In this document: piece by piece, positions 46,921 through 56,604 of the stretch
Numbering within the stretch: the stretch's first letter is position 1
Layout of the letters: each line of letters opens with the position of its first letter
Assembly (NCBI GenBank): GCA_027491435.1
Contig: JAOZFG010000035.1
Span: 94,393 to 158,392 of the forward strand
Length of the DNA: 64,000 nucleotides
Origin: Thermoproteota archaeon
Lineage (GTDB): Archaea > Korarchaeota > Korarchaeia > Korarchaeales > Korarchaeaceae
Reading direction: 5' to 3'
Made by a program: the position numbers and the translations under genes
The notes under the pieces: generated by a model
Databases searched by the model: none
What the model saw: the letters and a program-made list of their open reading frames with translations, nothing else
What the model was told of the DNA's origin: nothing

Positions 46921-48255
46921 ATTCTTCACCCTTATGTGGGGCGCTCCGGTGGTGACCGGGACGTATTGGCCCTCCTTCCCACAGAAACCTGGGTCCATGG
47001 CCACGTCATCTCCGACAGCATCTATGTTGTGGAGCACTTCTAAGGTAAGCCCAGCTATGGCCACCTCTCTAAGCCTATGCTTCAGCTCTCCCCTCTCTAT
47101 CCACCAACCTCCCTCAGCCTTGAACATGAACTGCCCCTTCTCAGGGAGTACGTAGCCGTAAAGGGAGCCGAAGGCGTATATCCCCTCTTTTATCTCGGAT
47201 AGCATCTCCTCGAACTTCCAAGTCCCCTTGTCGATGAAAGTGTTGGACATCCTGACTATAGGGGGATTTAGCGAGTCCATGGCCCTGGCATTCCCTGTGG
47301 GCTCCGCCTTCAGTTTTGAGGAGGTCTCCAGGCTGTGCATGTAGCCCATCAGGATCCCATCCTTGACTATGTGTTTTCTCCTGGCTCTAGAGCCCTCATC
47401 GTCGAAGAAGTAGCTTCCGAAAAGGCCAGGGATCGTCGGGTCGTCTATCACGCTCACCTCCTCTATCCCCACCTTCTCCCCCAACTTACCCTCTAATACG
47501 CTCATTCCCTCTAGTACGGAGTCAGCCTCAGCAGCATGCCCGAAGGCCTCGTGAATAAATACTCCGGCTAGCTTAGGCCCCAATATAGCTGTAAAAGCGC
47601 CCGCGGGTGCTGGTTTAGCTTTGAGTGATTCAATTGCTCTTCTGGCGGCCTTCTCCCCTATATCGAGATCCTTAAAGAGCTCTAAGCCCTTTGTCCCTCC
47701 TTTAGACTCGAAAGCGCTCTCTGTCACACCATCCTCATAGGAGAACACGTAAGCGTACATTATAACGTAGGGCAATTCCTGCTCAACGTTAGTACCCAGC
47801 GAGTTAATTACTCTCCTCCTCACCCTGGCGTCTCTGTAAACTATGTTTATGTTCCTGACCTTGTCCAGCTTAGCCTGCTCCTCCTGTTCCCTGGCTAGCT
47901 TAAGCTTCTCCTCGTTAGAGATCTCCCAAGGGGGAATTTCAGCCTTAACCCTTTCCCTCCCCGTGAAAGTAGGCCAGTCAACTTCAATCGGCTCATTTCC
48001 CCTGGATGATACCTTAGCCAGCTTGAACGCCCGATCAACAGCTTCTTTAACCTCAGATAGGGATCCAACAGTTGCTAGGCCCCATCCCCCTCTGTAAAGC
48101 ACCCTCACCCCTACGTTGTAGAACGTACCCGTTGAGTTCTCCCTGACGACTCCATCCACGAGCTTTATCCCGGTATCGCTCTTGACCTCCTCCCTAACCT
48201 CAACGAAATCCGCGCCTAAATCAAGTCCGTAGGAAATAGCGTCCTCCAATTCCAT
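46900..48255 (-). CDS. tldD: TldD family metalloprotease
   Basis: HEAFGHAAEAD, DDEG, TGNAR, RMSNTF, CGK.GQ. Confidence 0.92.
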   Translation of the reverse strand: MELEDAISYGLDLGADFVEVREEVKSDTGIKLVDGVVRENSTGTFYNVGVRVLYRGGWGLATVGSLSEVKEAVDRAFKLAKVSSRGNEPIEVDWPTFTGRERVKAEIPPWEISNEEKLKLAREQEEQAKLDKVRNINIVYRDARVRRRVINSLGTNVEQELPYVIMYAYVFSYEDGVTESAFESKGGTKGLELFKDLDIGEKAARRAIESLKAKPAPAGAFTAILGPKLAGVFIHEAFGHAAEADSVLEGMSVLEGKLGEKVGIEEVSVIDDPTIPGLFGSYFFDDEGSRARRKHIVKDGILMGYMHSLETSSKLKAEPTGNARAMDSLNPPIVRMSNTFIDKGTWKFEEMLSEIKEGIYAFGSLYGYVLPEKGQFMFKAEGGWWIERGELKHRLREVAIAGLTLEVLHNIDAVGDDVAMDPGFCGKEGQYVPVTTGAPHIRVKNLVFGGR

Positions 48256-48296
48256 GTGTAGGTGTACCAAGAGGCCCTTTTAAAAATTAGTGAGAT

Positions 48297-49211
48297 TTAT
48301 CCTTTGGCCAGTTCTTCCAGCCTCCTTATCCTGTCCTCTGGCCTGGGGTGGGTGGAGAAGATGCTCATTATCCTTTCGGCCAGAGTCACCTCTCTTTCAA
48401 GAAGTGCCCTCACAGCGGGATCGACGTCCCCCACCTGCAGGGGGTCTGAGAAGAGCAACGCTCTGGCTGAAGTCAGGTTAGGCACCTCCTTAAGATTAGT
48501 GTGAGTGACTATCTTTGCTAAGGCTCTCTGTAGCTTCCTGGCCCCGTTTTCAACTACTAAGGCTGAGTGGGCATCTGCGTAGAATTCCCTCAGCCTGCTC
48601 AACCTCAAAGAGAGCAAATAGAGGATGAACGCCAGGATGGACAGCAGGACCCCTATTAGGGGACCCCAGTTTTCTTCTCTGTCGTCCCTATAGGCGGCTG
48701 ACCACATGAGAGCTCTCCCTAGATAGTAAAGCATCGAGGGTAAGGCCGTGGCTATCATCATGACGTGCATATCCCCGTGCTTAATGTGGCCTATCTCGTG
48801 GCCTATGACTGCCTCTACCTCGTCCTCATCTAAGTACCTGAGGAGCCCTTCAGTCACTGCCACCCCGTATCCGTAAATGGGGCTACCGAACGCGAAGGCG
48901 TTGGGCGTTGAGAATGGGGCTATGAACACCTTGGGCATAAATCTTAGCCCGCTCCTCTTGGCTACTCTCTCTACAGTCCTGTATAGCCAGGTGTTATCCT
49001 CTGGCTTCACTTCCCTAAGCCGATACATGGCTTGAAGCATGTAGGGTGAGACCAGCCACATGAAAACGTTGAAGCCCAGGGCCAAGGCTATGCCCCACAC
49101 TATGCCGAAGGTTGTACCCACTATAAGGGTGAAGGCCATCACGAAGAGGCCTATAATTAGAGCCATAGTCAACATCATGTCTAGCTTCAACCTTAGTAAG
49201 CTCATTTTCAT
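48297..49211 (-). CDS. htpX: HtpX zinc metalloprotease
   Basis: PNAFAFG, HEIGH, SRLREFYAD, FSTHP. Confidence 0.92.
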   Translation of the reverse strand: MKMSLLRLKLDMMLTMALIIGLFVMAFTLIVGTTFGIVWGIALALGFNVFMWLVSPYMLQAMYRLREVKPEDNTWLYRTVERVAKRSGLRFMPKVFIAPFSTPNAFAFGSPIYGYGVAVTEGLLRYLDEDEVEAVIGHEIGHIKHGDMHVMMIATALPSMLYYLGRALMWSAAYRDDREENWGPLIGVLLSILAFILYLLSLRLSRLREFYADAHSALVVENGARKLQRALAKIVTHTNLKEVPNLTSARALLFSDPLQVGDVDPAVRALLEREVTLAERIMSIFSTHPRPEDRIRRLEELAKG

Positions 49212-49736
49212 GGCAGTCCCCTCCTCTCATAAATTTAGGCATTCAGTACTTAAGTCTTGAAATGGGTTGCGAAGACAGGAGGGCCCTAATCCCTAGTCTG
49301 CCAGCAATTTATCAATGTTCAAGACCATAAACGTTGATTAGCACCTGTTAAAATTAGAACACTCGTCAAATATCATAAAATATGAGACTAAAGTTACTTG
49401 ATTAATTCAAATACGACAGTTAGCTTCCCCGTTGCCATTGTACTAATTACCTAAAATTTATAACTTGAATATACCTTGCCCGCATATCTGTAATACATTC
49501 AAAATAATTAGTCTTATTATTAAATTAAATTTCCTTATAATTAAATTAATCCATTTTTTATATAATTTAACTATAGTTATCTCCACCACATACGTCGCAA
49601 GCTATTCGTTCATATTTTTAAATAATACTAGGTGCCCTCCTACCATATTCACGTGTTATACAGCTAGTGAGATATCAAGTAGCATTTTGCTAAGCTTGAA
49701 AGATACATTTATTATATTCATATTCCAGCATGTAAT

Positions 49737-51725
49737 ATGCAGCTGATGATGGCAAAACCTGCTAAACCCTCGAGGCTGCTCCTGTTATCTATTGTCTCCA
49801 TATTGCTGCTGGCAGCTTCCGCCTCGGCTTTACAGGTAATAGCTTCGGGTGGAGGCAAAACCCCCTTTGGAGATCTCGATGCTATAAAGGCTTCAGCTGA
49901 TGAGGCGCTAAGCAAGGCCAGCCCCGAAACTAAGGCATGTCTCGAATGTCACGCCAACCCTAACGTAGTAAAGATGCAGGCCCATTACTATGACTGGCTT
50001 AGAAGCAAACACGCTTGGTCCACTCCGCCTGAACTTAACGATTACTACAGGGAGATATTCGGAGAGGAAGCTAACTTAGCCCCTAAGTTTGCCAACTATC
50101 AGTACAACGTGGGTTGCTACGAGTGTCATGGTATGTTCGCTGACCCAGATAGGCCAGACGTTATAGACCACCACGGGTATAAGATAGTGGTCGACGTCAC
50201 CCCCAAAGATTGCCAGCAGTGCCACTACAAAGAAACTAAGGAGATGAGCTGGTCTAAGCACGCTTTCGCTGCACTTAACGCCAACTTAAAGCCCTGGTAC
50301 ACTCTAGTTCTTCAGAAGACTTATGGGGATGAAGCTAAAGCTGAGTACGACAAGTTGTACAAGGAGGTTGTGGAGTGGCCTTTCTACAAGAAGTACGCTA
50401 AGGCTTTCTACCAGGGAGATCCCAAGGCTGTCAACGCCAGCAAATACTACTTCTACGGGGACAAGTTCAAGTTCGTGTCAACTCTATACCCATCCCATGG
50501 GATGCTCACCCACGAAGCTGGGGGCAACTTAACCGCCAACTACCTGGGAGTCGACTACCACTTCATAATGGAACACCCGAAGTACAACAACAGCTATGTC
50601 TACCTGGCTTGTATGGAATGCCATGGAAGCGCCGTACTGCCTGCAAAGCCCAACGCAATAGTGGGAGTTGACGCCCCCTACGCTAAAGTTGACGGAACTC
50701 CCGAGATGGTACTACTTGGGTGGCCTAACAACGGGGCCGGCAGGGTGAACCCAGACGGTAGTTTGGGAAGCTGTGCCACCTGCCATACCAGGCACACCTT
50801 CAGCATAGAAGAGGCCAGGAAGCCACACACTTGTGGTCAATGTCACTTGGGATATGACCACCCGCAAATAGAGATATACGAGGAGAGCAAGCATGGAAAC
50901 ATATACGACTCCGAGGGAGAGAACTGGAACTGGGAGAACCTGCCGTGGAGGCCTGGCATAGACTTCAGAGCCCCGACCTGTGCTACTTGTCACATGAGCC
51001 ACTTAGTGGATGAAAACGGCAAGGTGATCGTTGAGGGGACCCATGACTTAGGAGCTAGGCTGACTTGGGAGATTCAGGCCAAGTGGAGCTTCGGTCAGTC
51101 GTACTACCCTGACCCGCTGAACAACAAGTTCGCTAAGAAGAGGCCCGACTGGAAGAACCCGTTAGAGCTGGGTAACGCTGCCTTATCATCCCCCGACAAC
51201 CCGAGGGGGAGGATGATGAGCGTCTGCAAGTCGTGTCACGCCAGCGACTGGGTGTACAGTTACTTCACCTGGTATGACAGCGTGAATACAGACTACAACA
51301 TAACTTGGGAGTACACCAGAGCCCTACTCAAGAAGGCCTATGAGAAGGGAATACAGGTGGATAGGAAAGGTCAGACGATAATGGGCAGGAAGGCTCTAGG
51401 AGATGACACCGACGAGTACATGGAGATAATGTACTATTACATATGGCACCATGAGGGCAGGAGGTGGAGGATGGGCGCTTCAATGATGGGACCAGACTAC
51501 ACGCACTGGCTCGGTATAGTTGACACCGTCATGGATAAGCTCGGCAGGATGACCGCTTACTACGAGACTCAGCTCAAGATAAAGCAACTTGAGGCCAAGA
51601 TATCTTCAAGCGCCAAGTCCCCAGTGACCCAGGGAGTCAACATGTTCAACTTCCTGGCGGTTGGTCTAGCAATAATAGCCATACTCCTCGTCTTGGCTGA
51701 CATCCTAATCAGGAGGAGGAAATAA
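49737..51725 (+). CDS. Octaheme cytochrome c, hydroxylamine oxidoreductase (HAO) family, membrane-anchored
   Basis: Signal peptide; 8 CxxCH (CLECH, CYECH, CQQCH, CMECH, CATCH, CGQCH, CATCH, CKSCH); GRVNPDGS.G.C, GYDHPQ.EIY.ESKHG, WHHEGRR..MGPDY; C-terminal TM. Confidence 0.92.
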   Translation: MQLMMAKPAKPSRLLLLSIVSILLLAASASALQVIASGGGKTPFGDLDAIKASADEALSKASPETKACLECHANPNVVKMQAHYYDWLRSKHAWSTPPELNDYYREIFGEEANLAPKFANYQYNVGCYECHGMFADPDRPDVIDHHGYKIVVDVTPKDCQQCHYKETKEMSWSKHAFAALNANLKPWYTLVLQKTYGDEAKAEYDKLYKEVVEWPFYKKYAKAFYQGDPKAVNASKYYFYGDKFKFVSTLYPSHGMLTHEAGGNLTANYLGVDYHFIMEHPKYNNSYVYLACMECHGSAVLPAKPNAIVGVDAPYAKVDGTPEMVLLGWPNNGAGRVNPDGSLGSCATCHTRHTFSIEEARKPHTCGQCHLGYDHPQIEIYEESKHGNIYDSEGENWNWENLPWRPGIDFRAPTCATCHMSHLVDENGKVIVEGTHDLGARLTWEIQAKWSFGQSYYPDPLNNKFAKKRPDWKNPLELGNAALSSPDNPRGRMMSVCKSCHASDWVYSYFTWYDSVNTDYNITWEYTRALLKKAYEKGIQVDRKGQTIMGRKALGDDTDEYMEIMYYYIWHHEGRRWRMGASMMGPDYTHWLGIVDTVMDKLGRMTAYYETQLKIKQLEAKISSSAKSPVTQGVNMFNFLAVGLAIIAILLVLADILIRRRK

Positions 51726-51790
51726 AAATCCACCTTTTTTCCCTCCCCATTCAACACAATTTTTTTATCTGAGGGCCGTTAACACACCCT

Positions 51791-52843
51791 ATGAGAAAAA
51801 TTCTCTTGGGCCTGCTGGGCCTCCTTTACCTAGCTGACGCTATCCTGCTGTTCTATTCAACGACATCCGGCCCCTTTCCCTCTGTAGTTCCCCTAGGAAC
51901 TCCCACAGCATATAGGAACATATATGTTCACGTACCAATATCCATCTCAACCTACCTGGCGTTTACCCTCGGCTTCTTGGGCGCCCTAGCCTACCTGACT
52001 AAGGGACAAGACAAGTTCGAGAGGTTGGCCCATGTTTCCATAATCTCCGGCATAATATTGGGGGCCTCGACCCTAGTTACTGGGATGATATGGGCGAGGG
52101 AGTCCTGGGGAGCTGCTTGGAACTGGGACCCTAGGGAGACGGGCATACTCTTCATGTGGCTGGCCTTCTTAGTCTACTTAGCTATAAGATCCAGTGTGAC
52201 AGACCCTGACGTCAGGCCGAAGATATCGATGGCCTTCGCCGTAGCTGCTTACTCTACCATACCCCTGAGCTTCGTTATACCTTATGTGATGCCCAGCCTC
52301 CACCCAACTGCACCTCAAACCAGCATGTTCCTCAAGAGCGGCCTGACGAAGGCGCTCTTTTCGGCTAGAATGGCGGTTGTTAACCTAGGCGTGTTAGCCC
52401 TGATAGTTCTGGCTTGGAGGAAGAAGGTTGAGAAGGTCAGGTACCTAGCCATCCCCCTCCTGACAGCGTCACTAGCTGTCTTGGCCCTACAGCTCCCAGC
52501 GAATCTGGCCAGTAGTAGCCCCTCATCTGGAGAATTCAAAGCGGTGGTGATGGAGGGGAACTACAACGGATCCTTCCACCTTAAGGTGTTGGCAGGGGGG
52601 AAGGTTTACGAGTTGATTTACGACGGGGAGCCCCCAGTCAAGCCAGTAAAGGTGGAGTTTCAGGGGAAGGAGTTTCTGACCTTGGAGAAACACTGGGTGC
52701 TGGTGAAAGGGGTCGTTAGAGACTCCCTAATAGAGGCCAGCTCACTGAAGCTCATCAATTACTGGGGTGTTTCAATTAACGCACTTATATATGCTCTAAC
52801 GGTCCTTTCCCTCTTGGTGATGGCAGAGAGGGAGGGCTCATGA
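51791..52843 (+). CDS. ccmC: Cytochrome c maturation CcmC with a C-terminal extension
   Basis: IYVHVP, WGAAWNWDPRET WWD motif, SLHP. Confidence 0.88.
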   Translation: MRKILLGLLGLLYLADAILLFYSTTSGPFPSVVPLGTPTAYRNIYVHVPISISTYLAFTLGFLGALAYLTKGQDKFERLAHVSIISGIILGASTLVTGMIWARESWGAAWNWDPRETGILFMWLAFLVYLAIRSSVTDPDVRPKISMAFAVAAYSTIPLSFVIPYVMPSLHPTAPQTSMFLKSGLTKALFSARMAVVNLGVLALIVLAWRKKVEKVRYLAIPLLTASLAVLALQLPANLASSSPSSGEFKAVVMEGNYNGSFHLKVLAGGKVYELIYDGEPPVKPVKVEFQGKEFLTLEKHWVLVKGVVRDSLIEASSLKLINYWGVSINALIYALTVLSLLVMAEREGS

Positions 52844-53253
52844 AGAAGGGGTTGTACGTCGCCGCGGGCATACTCGTTATGATGGTCCTCATAGGCTACC
52901 TGGCGATCACCTCCAGCTCCTACGTTGACGTGAGCGAGCTCAAATCCTACAGAGATGGGTCAGTTGTGGCCGTGAAGGGAAGGGTTGCCGATACCAAGCT
53001 TAATCCGGAAAACGACCTGGTGATCTTCGTGCTGGAGGGCGAGGATGGCTCCCAGCTCTACGCAACCTACAGCCTGTCAAAGTTCATAAGCCAGTATGGG
53101 GCCCCTCCGGGGCATAGCACTGTGGAGCAGAACGTGGTCATGAAGGGGGTGTATCACCCTAGGCCTCAGGGGAGGGTGCTAGGTTACATGGACATCCAGG
53201 AGATACTGCAAGGTTGTCACAAGGCCTACGAGGCCCCTCCGGCTACGGGATGA
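52840..53253 (+). CDS. ccmE: Heme chaperone CcmE, CxxxY variant
   Basis: N-terminal TM, OB-fold (VKGRV...VVMKG), C-terminal GCHKAY. Confidence 0.85.
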   Translation: MKKGLYVAAGILVMMVLIGYLAITSSSYVDVSELKSYRDGSVVAVKGRVADTKLNPENDLVIFVLEGEDGSQLYATYSLSKFISQYGAPPGHSTVEQNVVMKGVYHPRPQGRVLGYMDIQEILQGCHKAYEAPPATG

Positions 53254-53888
53254 GCATGCTCTCTTACAAGGGCGTCTGGAAAAGGTACTCTCAAGACTAC
53301 GTGCTCAAGGACGTCAACTTGGTGTTAGGGGAGGGGGAAGCGGTGCTGGTGATGGGCCCTAATGGTTCGGGGAAGACCACCCTGCTGAAGTTAGGGGTGG
53401 GGTTGATTAGGCCTTCTAGGGGAGAAGTGAAGGTAGGGGAGATCGACGTCAGATCTCCCGAGGCTAAGAGGTTTCTTGGATATTTGCCCCACTCCCCTCC
53501 CCTTTATTTGGACCTAACGGTCAGAGAGAACCTTAAGTACTACGCAGGCCTTCATGAGATGGAAGATCTACCTGAGCACGTTTTAGAGGCTCTAAAGGGC
53601 TTTGGCCTGGACAGGTTCCTCGATAGAAAGGTAAGAGAGCTTAGCTATGGCTGGAGGAGAAGGGTAGATGTTCTGAGGGCCATAATAGGGCTTCCTAGAG
53701 TGCTCCTAATGGACGAGCCTTTCTCAGGTCTGGACTTGAACGGTAGGAACTTCATGGTATCTTTAATGGAGGGACTAAAGTCGGAAGGTACCTCCATGAT
53801 TTTCACAACTCCCTACGGGGAGGTGCCTGCAAAGGCCGACAGGGTGTTGGAGATAAGGGGAGGTAACCTCGTTGAGCTTAAAGGTTAG
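53250..53888 (+). CDS. ccmA: Heme exporter ABC ATPase CcmA
   Basis: GPNGSGKTT, LSYGWRRR, DEPFSGLD; inside the ccm cluster. Confidence 0.85.
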   Translation: MSMLSYKGVWKRYSQDYVLKDVNLVLGEGEAVLVMGPNGSGKTTLLKLGVGLIRPSRGEVKVGEIDVRSPEAKRFLGYLPHSPPLYLDLTVRENLKYYAGLHEMEDLPEHVLEALKGFGLDRFLDRKVRELSYGWRRRVDVLRAIIGLPRVLLMDEPFSGLDLNGRNFMVSLMEGLKSEGTSMIFTTPYGEVPAKADRVLEIRGGNLVELKG

Positions 53889-54510
53889 GAGGATCATCTG
53901 GAAGGACCTATTAGTTGAGGTCAGGAACCTACCAGAGCTGGGCAGTGCCGTGGTCTTTTCAGTGGCGTCGTCAAGCCTTCTAGGCTTCTCGGTAAGCAGG
54001 CTTTCCGTGGATCCTCTGCTCATTCTCACCGTCGGCTTGATTATGGTGGAACTCTTCCTGGCCGTCTTCACGTCACTGATGGGCGTGGTAAAGGAAGAGG
54101 AGACGGGAACCCTTGACGGGCTCAGGTCAAGCCCCGTAGATCCATCCACCGTTTTCTTGGCCAAGCTAGCTGTCAACATCATACTCCTGGAAACCCTAAC
54201 CTCCATATCTCTAGTGGCCACCCTCCTCTTCTCAGGAACTGTTGAGGGGTATCACAAGCTCGTTCTCATGATACTCTCTCTGGGAATTTACCTGGCGGCC
54301 ATCTCCTCGTTCTCCTCAGCCCTCTCAATATACCTTCAGGCAAGGGGGGTACTCCTGCCTACCATGATACTAGTGCTCAGCTTGCCGGCCATCCAGGAGG
54401 CCCTAGCTTTCATGCTAAGGGAGGAGCCACTGAGTCCCCTGTTGCTCTCCCTCTCCGGACTTGCCTTCACGGGCATAGCTTCCTGGCTATCAGTTTACGT
54501 ACTAGACTGA
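53872..54510 (+). CDS. ccmB: Heme exporter permease CcmB
   Basis: KDL.VE.R, EEETGTLDGL, FLAK, LLP.L.LP. Confidence 0.85.
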   Translation: MSLKVRRIIWKDLLVEVRNLPELGSAVVFSVASSSLLGFSVSRLSVDPLLILTVGLIMVELFLAVFTSLMGVVKEEETGTLDGLRSSPVDPSTVFLAKLAVNIILLETLTSISLVATLLFSGTVEGYHKLVLMILSLGIYLAAISSFSSALSIYLQARGVLLPTMILVLSLPAIQEALAFMLREEPLSPLLLSLSGLAFTGIASWLSVYVLD

Positions 54511-54547
54511 ATTTTTTATCGAAGTTATCTAGGGTTCCCGGGGTAGC

Positions 54548-55495
54548 ATGAGGGCTAGAATTCCGCTACTTATCATGCTAGCTCTATCCCTAGCGTTAAC
54601 CAGTTCTGTGGGTCAACCGGTCTACTTCCTCGATCTAGAGCCTGGGACCTACCTAGTCTACAACCTAACAGGGGTATATAACGGGATAAAGAGGTATGAG
54701 GTCGTGGGAAAGGCCGAGGTTGATGGTAGGCCGTGTACCCTGGTCAAGTCCTTCCTATTCGTCAAGACAGAGAATAAGCTCTTCCAGCAAGGGGCTTCCC
54801 TCAACTCCACCTTCTGTTACGATGATAAGGGGAGGCCCATCCTAGAGGATGTTTTAGTGCCTGAACAGCTGAACTTCTCAGTCAGGAGGGTTAAAACGAA
54901 GTACTGGTGGCAGGACTGGCAAGTAGCCAAGGCCCAGGTAAGGATAGAGTACAGCGTCAACGGGACAATCATAAAGGAGTACTTGGTGGACGCCAAGAGG
55001 ATGGTCGTGGTTCACGAGGGTAAGGAGTACCCTTTCTCTTGGGAGAACCTAACCTCGGTGCTACCTTATACCCCTAGCGCCCTGATGGAGCCCCACATAG
55101 ACTTGTCCCTAGACTTCAAATTGGGGATGAAGAAGTTCGTGTCCATGGGAGGGGACAATGCCACCCTAGAGGTGGTGGCGATAGACGAGGTACAGACCCC
55201 TGTGGGGACTTTTCTTTGCTACAGGCTAGTGATAAAGGGGTTCGACAGGGGCATCCCCTACGAGTCGACTGTGTTCGTGACTAAGGACAGGCCCAGGATA
55301 ACCGTGTTCTACGTAACCGAGTCGGAAGGCATAAAGCAGTCCGGCTTCCTAATAGATGCAAACCTGAGGAGAGAGGCAAACCTTTACTACGGGGCCTTGG
55401 TAATGCTCGTGGTGCTCGGTTCGATAATTGGTTACAAGTTCGTAGCTGGCTTGAAGAAGGAAAAGGGGGGAAAGAAGAGGGGAGAAGGTGGTTAG
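54548..55495 (+). CDS. Hypothetical surface protein (signal peptide + C-terminal TM)
   Basis: Beta-rich body with a V.TP.GTF.CY motif; TM followed by a basic tail. Confidence 0.7.
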   Translation: MRARIPLLIMLALSLALTSSVGQPVYFLDLEPGTYLVYNLTGVYNGIKRYEVVGKAEVDGRPCTLVKSFLFVKTENKLFQQGASLNSTFCYDDKGRPILEDVLVPEQLNFSVRRVKTKYWWQDWQVAKAQVRIEYSVNGTIIKEYLVDAKRMVVVHEGKEYPFSWENLTSVLPYTPSALMEPHIDLSLDFKLGMKKFVSMGGDNATLEVVAIDEVQTPVGTFLCYRLVIKGFDRGIPYESTVFVTKDRPRITVFYVTESEGIKQSGFLIDANLRREANLYYGALVMLVVLGSIIGYKFVAGLKKEKGGKKRGEGG

Positions 55496-56604
55496 CCCTC
55501 AGACTGACCTTCTTTCTGTTTCTTGAACTCTATAAGCTCTTGAACTGCCTTCTCCACTTCCTCCTCCACCTGCATAGACAGCTCTACTGCTGGTGTCCTA
55601 ACTGGACCCTCAGGTACTATCCCTTCGGGCTTGAACATGAGGACCAGTATTATGATCACCCCTATTAGCACGTACTTCAGGTAGGTGATGTCGAACTCCA
55701 CTATGACCCCCATCATGGCGAAGAATGATGGACTGATGAACATGTCCAGAACCATCATGATGAGAGTGCCCAGCACCACGCCTTTGTTATTGGCCATTCC
55801 TCCGAGTATCACCATGCTGAGCACTATGAAGGTCACCAGTGGAAGGAAGTCGTCTGCCACCACACTCTGCAGGTAGAAGGTCCTCAGAACCCCGGCTATA
55901 GCGGCTAGGCTACTGCCTATTATCAAGACTACACCTCTTACCTTGGGAACCTCCTTGCCCAAGGCCATGGCCGCTATCTCATCGTCCCTTATGGACTTGA
56001 GAAGCCTTCCGTAAGGTGACTGGACGAGCCTCTCAGTGTATATGTAGATGAGGGCCGCAAACACTAACACGAGGGCCGTATAAATGACGCTCCTAAGATG
56101 GACGTTTTCAATCCATTTGAACGGGTTAGCCACTCCGGTAAGCCCTGTTAGCCCGCAGACCAGCCACTCCTCATTCCTCGCTATTATCCTCCCTATTTCC
56201 CCTATGAATATCAGGGTTATAGCCAGGAAGTCCTCCTTAAGTCTCAGAGCTGGGTAGGCCCCCAAGTAGCCGAAAAGTCCACCTATTATGGCTCCCAATA
56301 TCAGGGAAACCACGAAGAGGCTCATAGATATCTCAGGATGTGCTATGGCGAAGTCTCCCCTGATGTTGGCCGCTTGCCCCGAGCAATAACCGGCTGTAGA
56401 GCCTGAGAAGAAGTCCAGCGCCCTAGCCGTCAGGACCCCTGCCACGTACGCTCCTATTGACATGAAGAAGACGTGCCCGAAGTTGGGCACTCCCGCGTAC
56501 CCGTACTCCAGGTTGAGGCTTAGGGACATTATCAGGTAGATTGAGAAGAGTATCAGAAACGATGATATGAAGGGGATGTAGTTCAGCAGGAAATCCAACT
56601 GCAT
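55492..56604 (-). CDS. livM: Branched-chain amino acid ABC transporter permease
   Basis: GYAG..NFGH..F..IGAY, SPYGR..IRDDE.AA.ALG. Confidence 0.9.
   Translation of the reverse strand: MQLDFLLNYIPFISSFLILFSIYLIMSLSLNLEYGYAGVPNFGHVFFMSIGAYVAGVLTARALDFFSGSTAGYCSGQAANIRGDFAIAHPEISMSLFVVSLILGAIIGGLFGYLGAYPALRLKEDFLAITLIFIGEIGRIIARNEEWLVCGLTGLTGVANPFKWIENVHLRSVIYTALVLVFAALIYIYTERLVQSPYGRLLKSIRDDEIAAMALGKEVPKVRGVVLIIGSSLAAIAGVLRTFYLQSVVADDFLPLVTFIVLSMVILGGMANNKGVVLGTLIMMVLDMFISPSFFAMMGVIVEFDITYLKYVLIGVIIILVLMFKPEGIVPEGPVRTPAVELSMQVEEEVEKAVQELIEFKKQKEGQSEG

Noticed and set aside
49465-49746. 93-aa ORF upstream of the octaheme gene
   Set aside because: AT-rich low-complexity intergenic DNA with atypical composition and no RBS.
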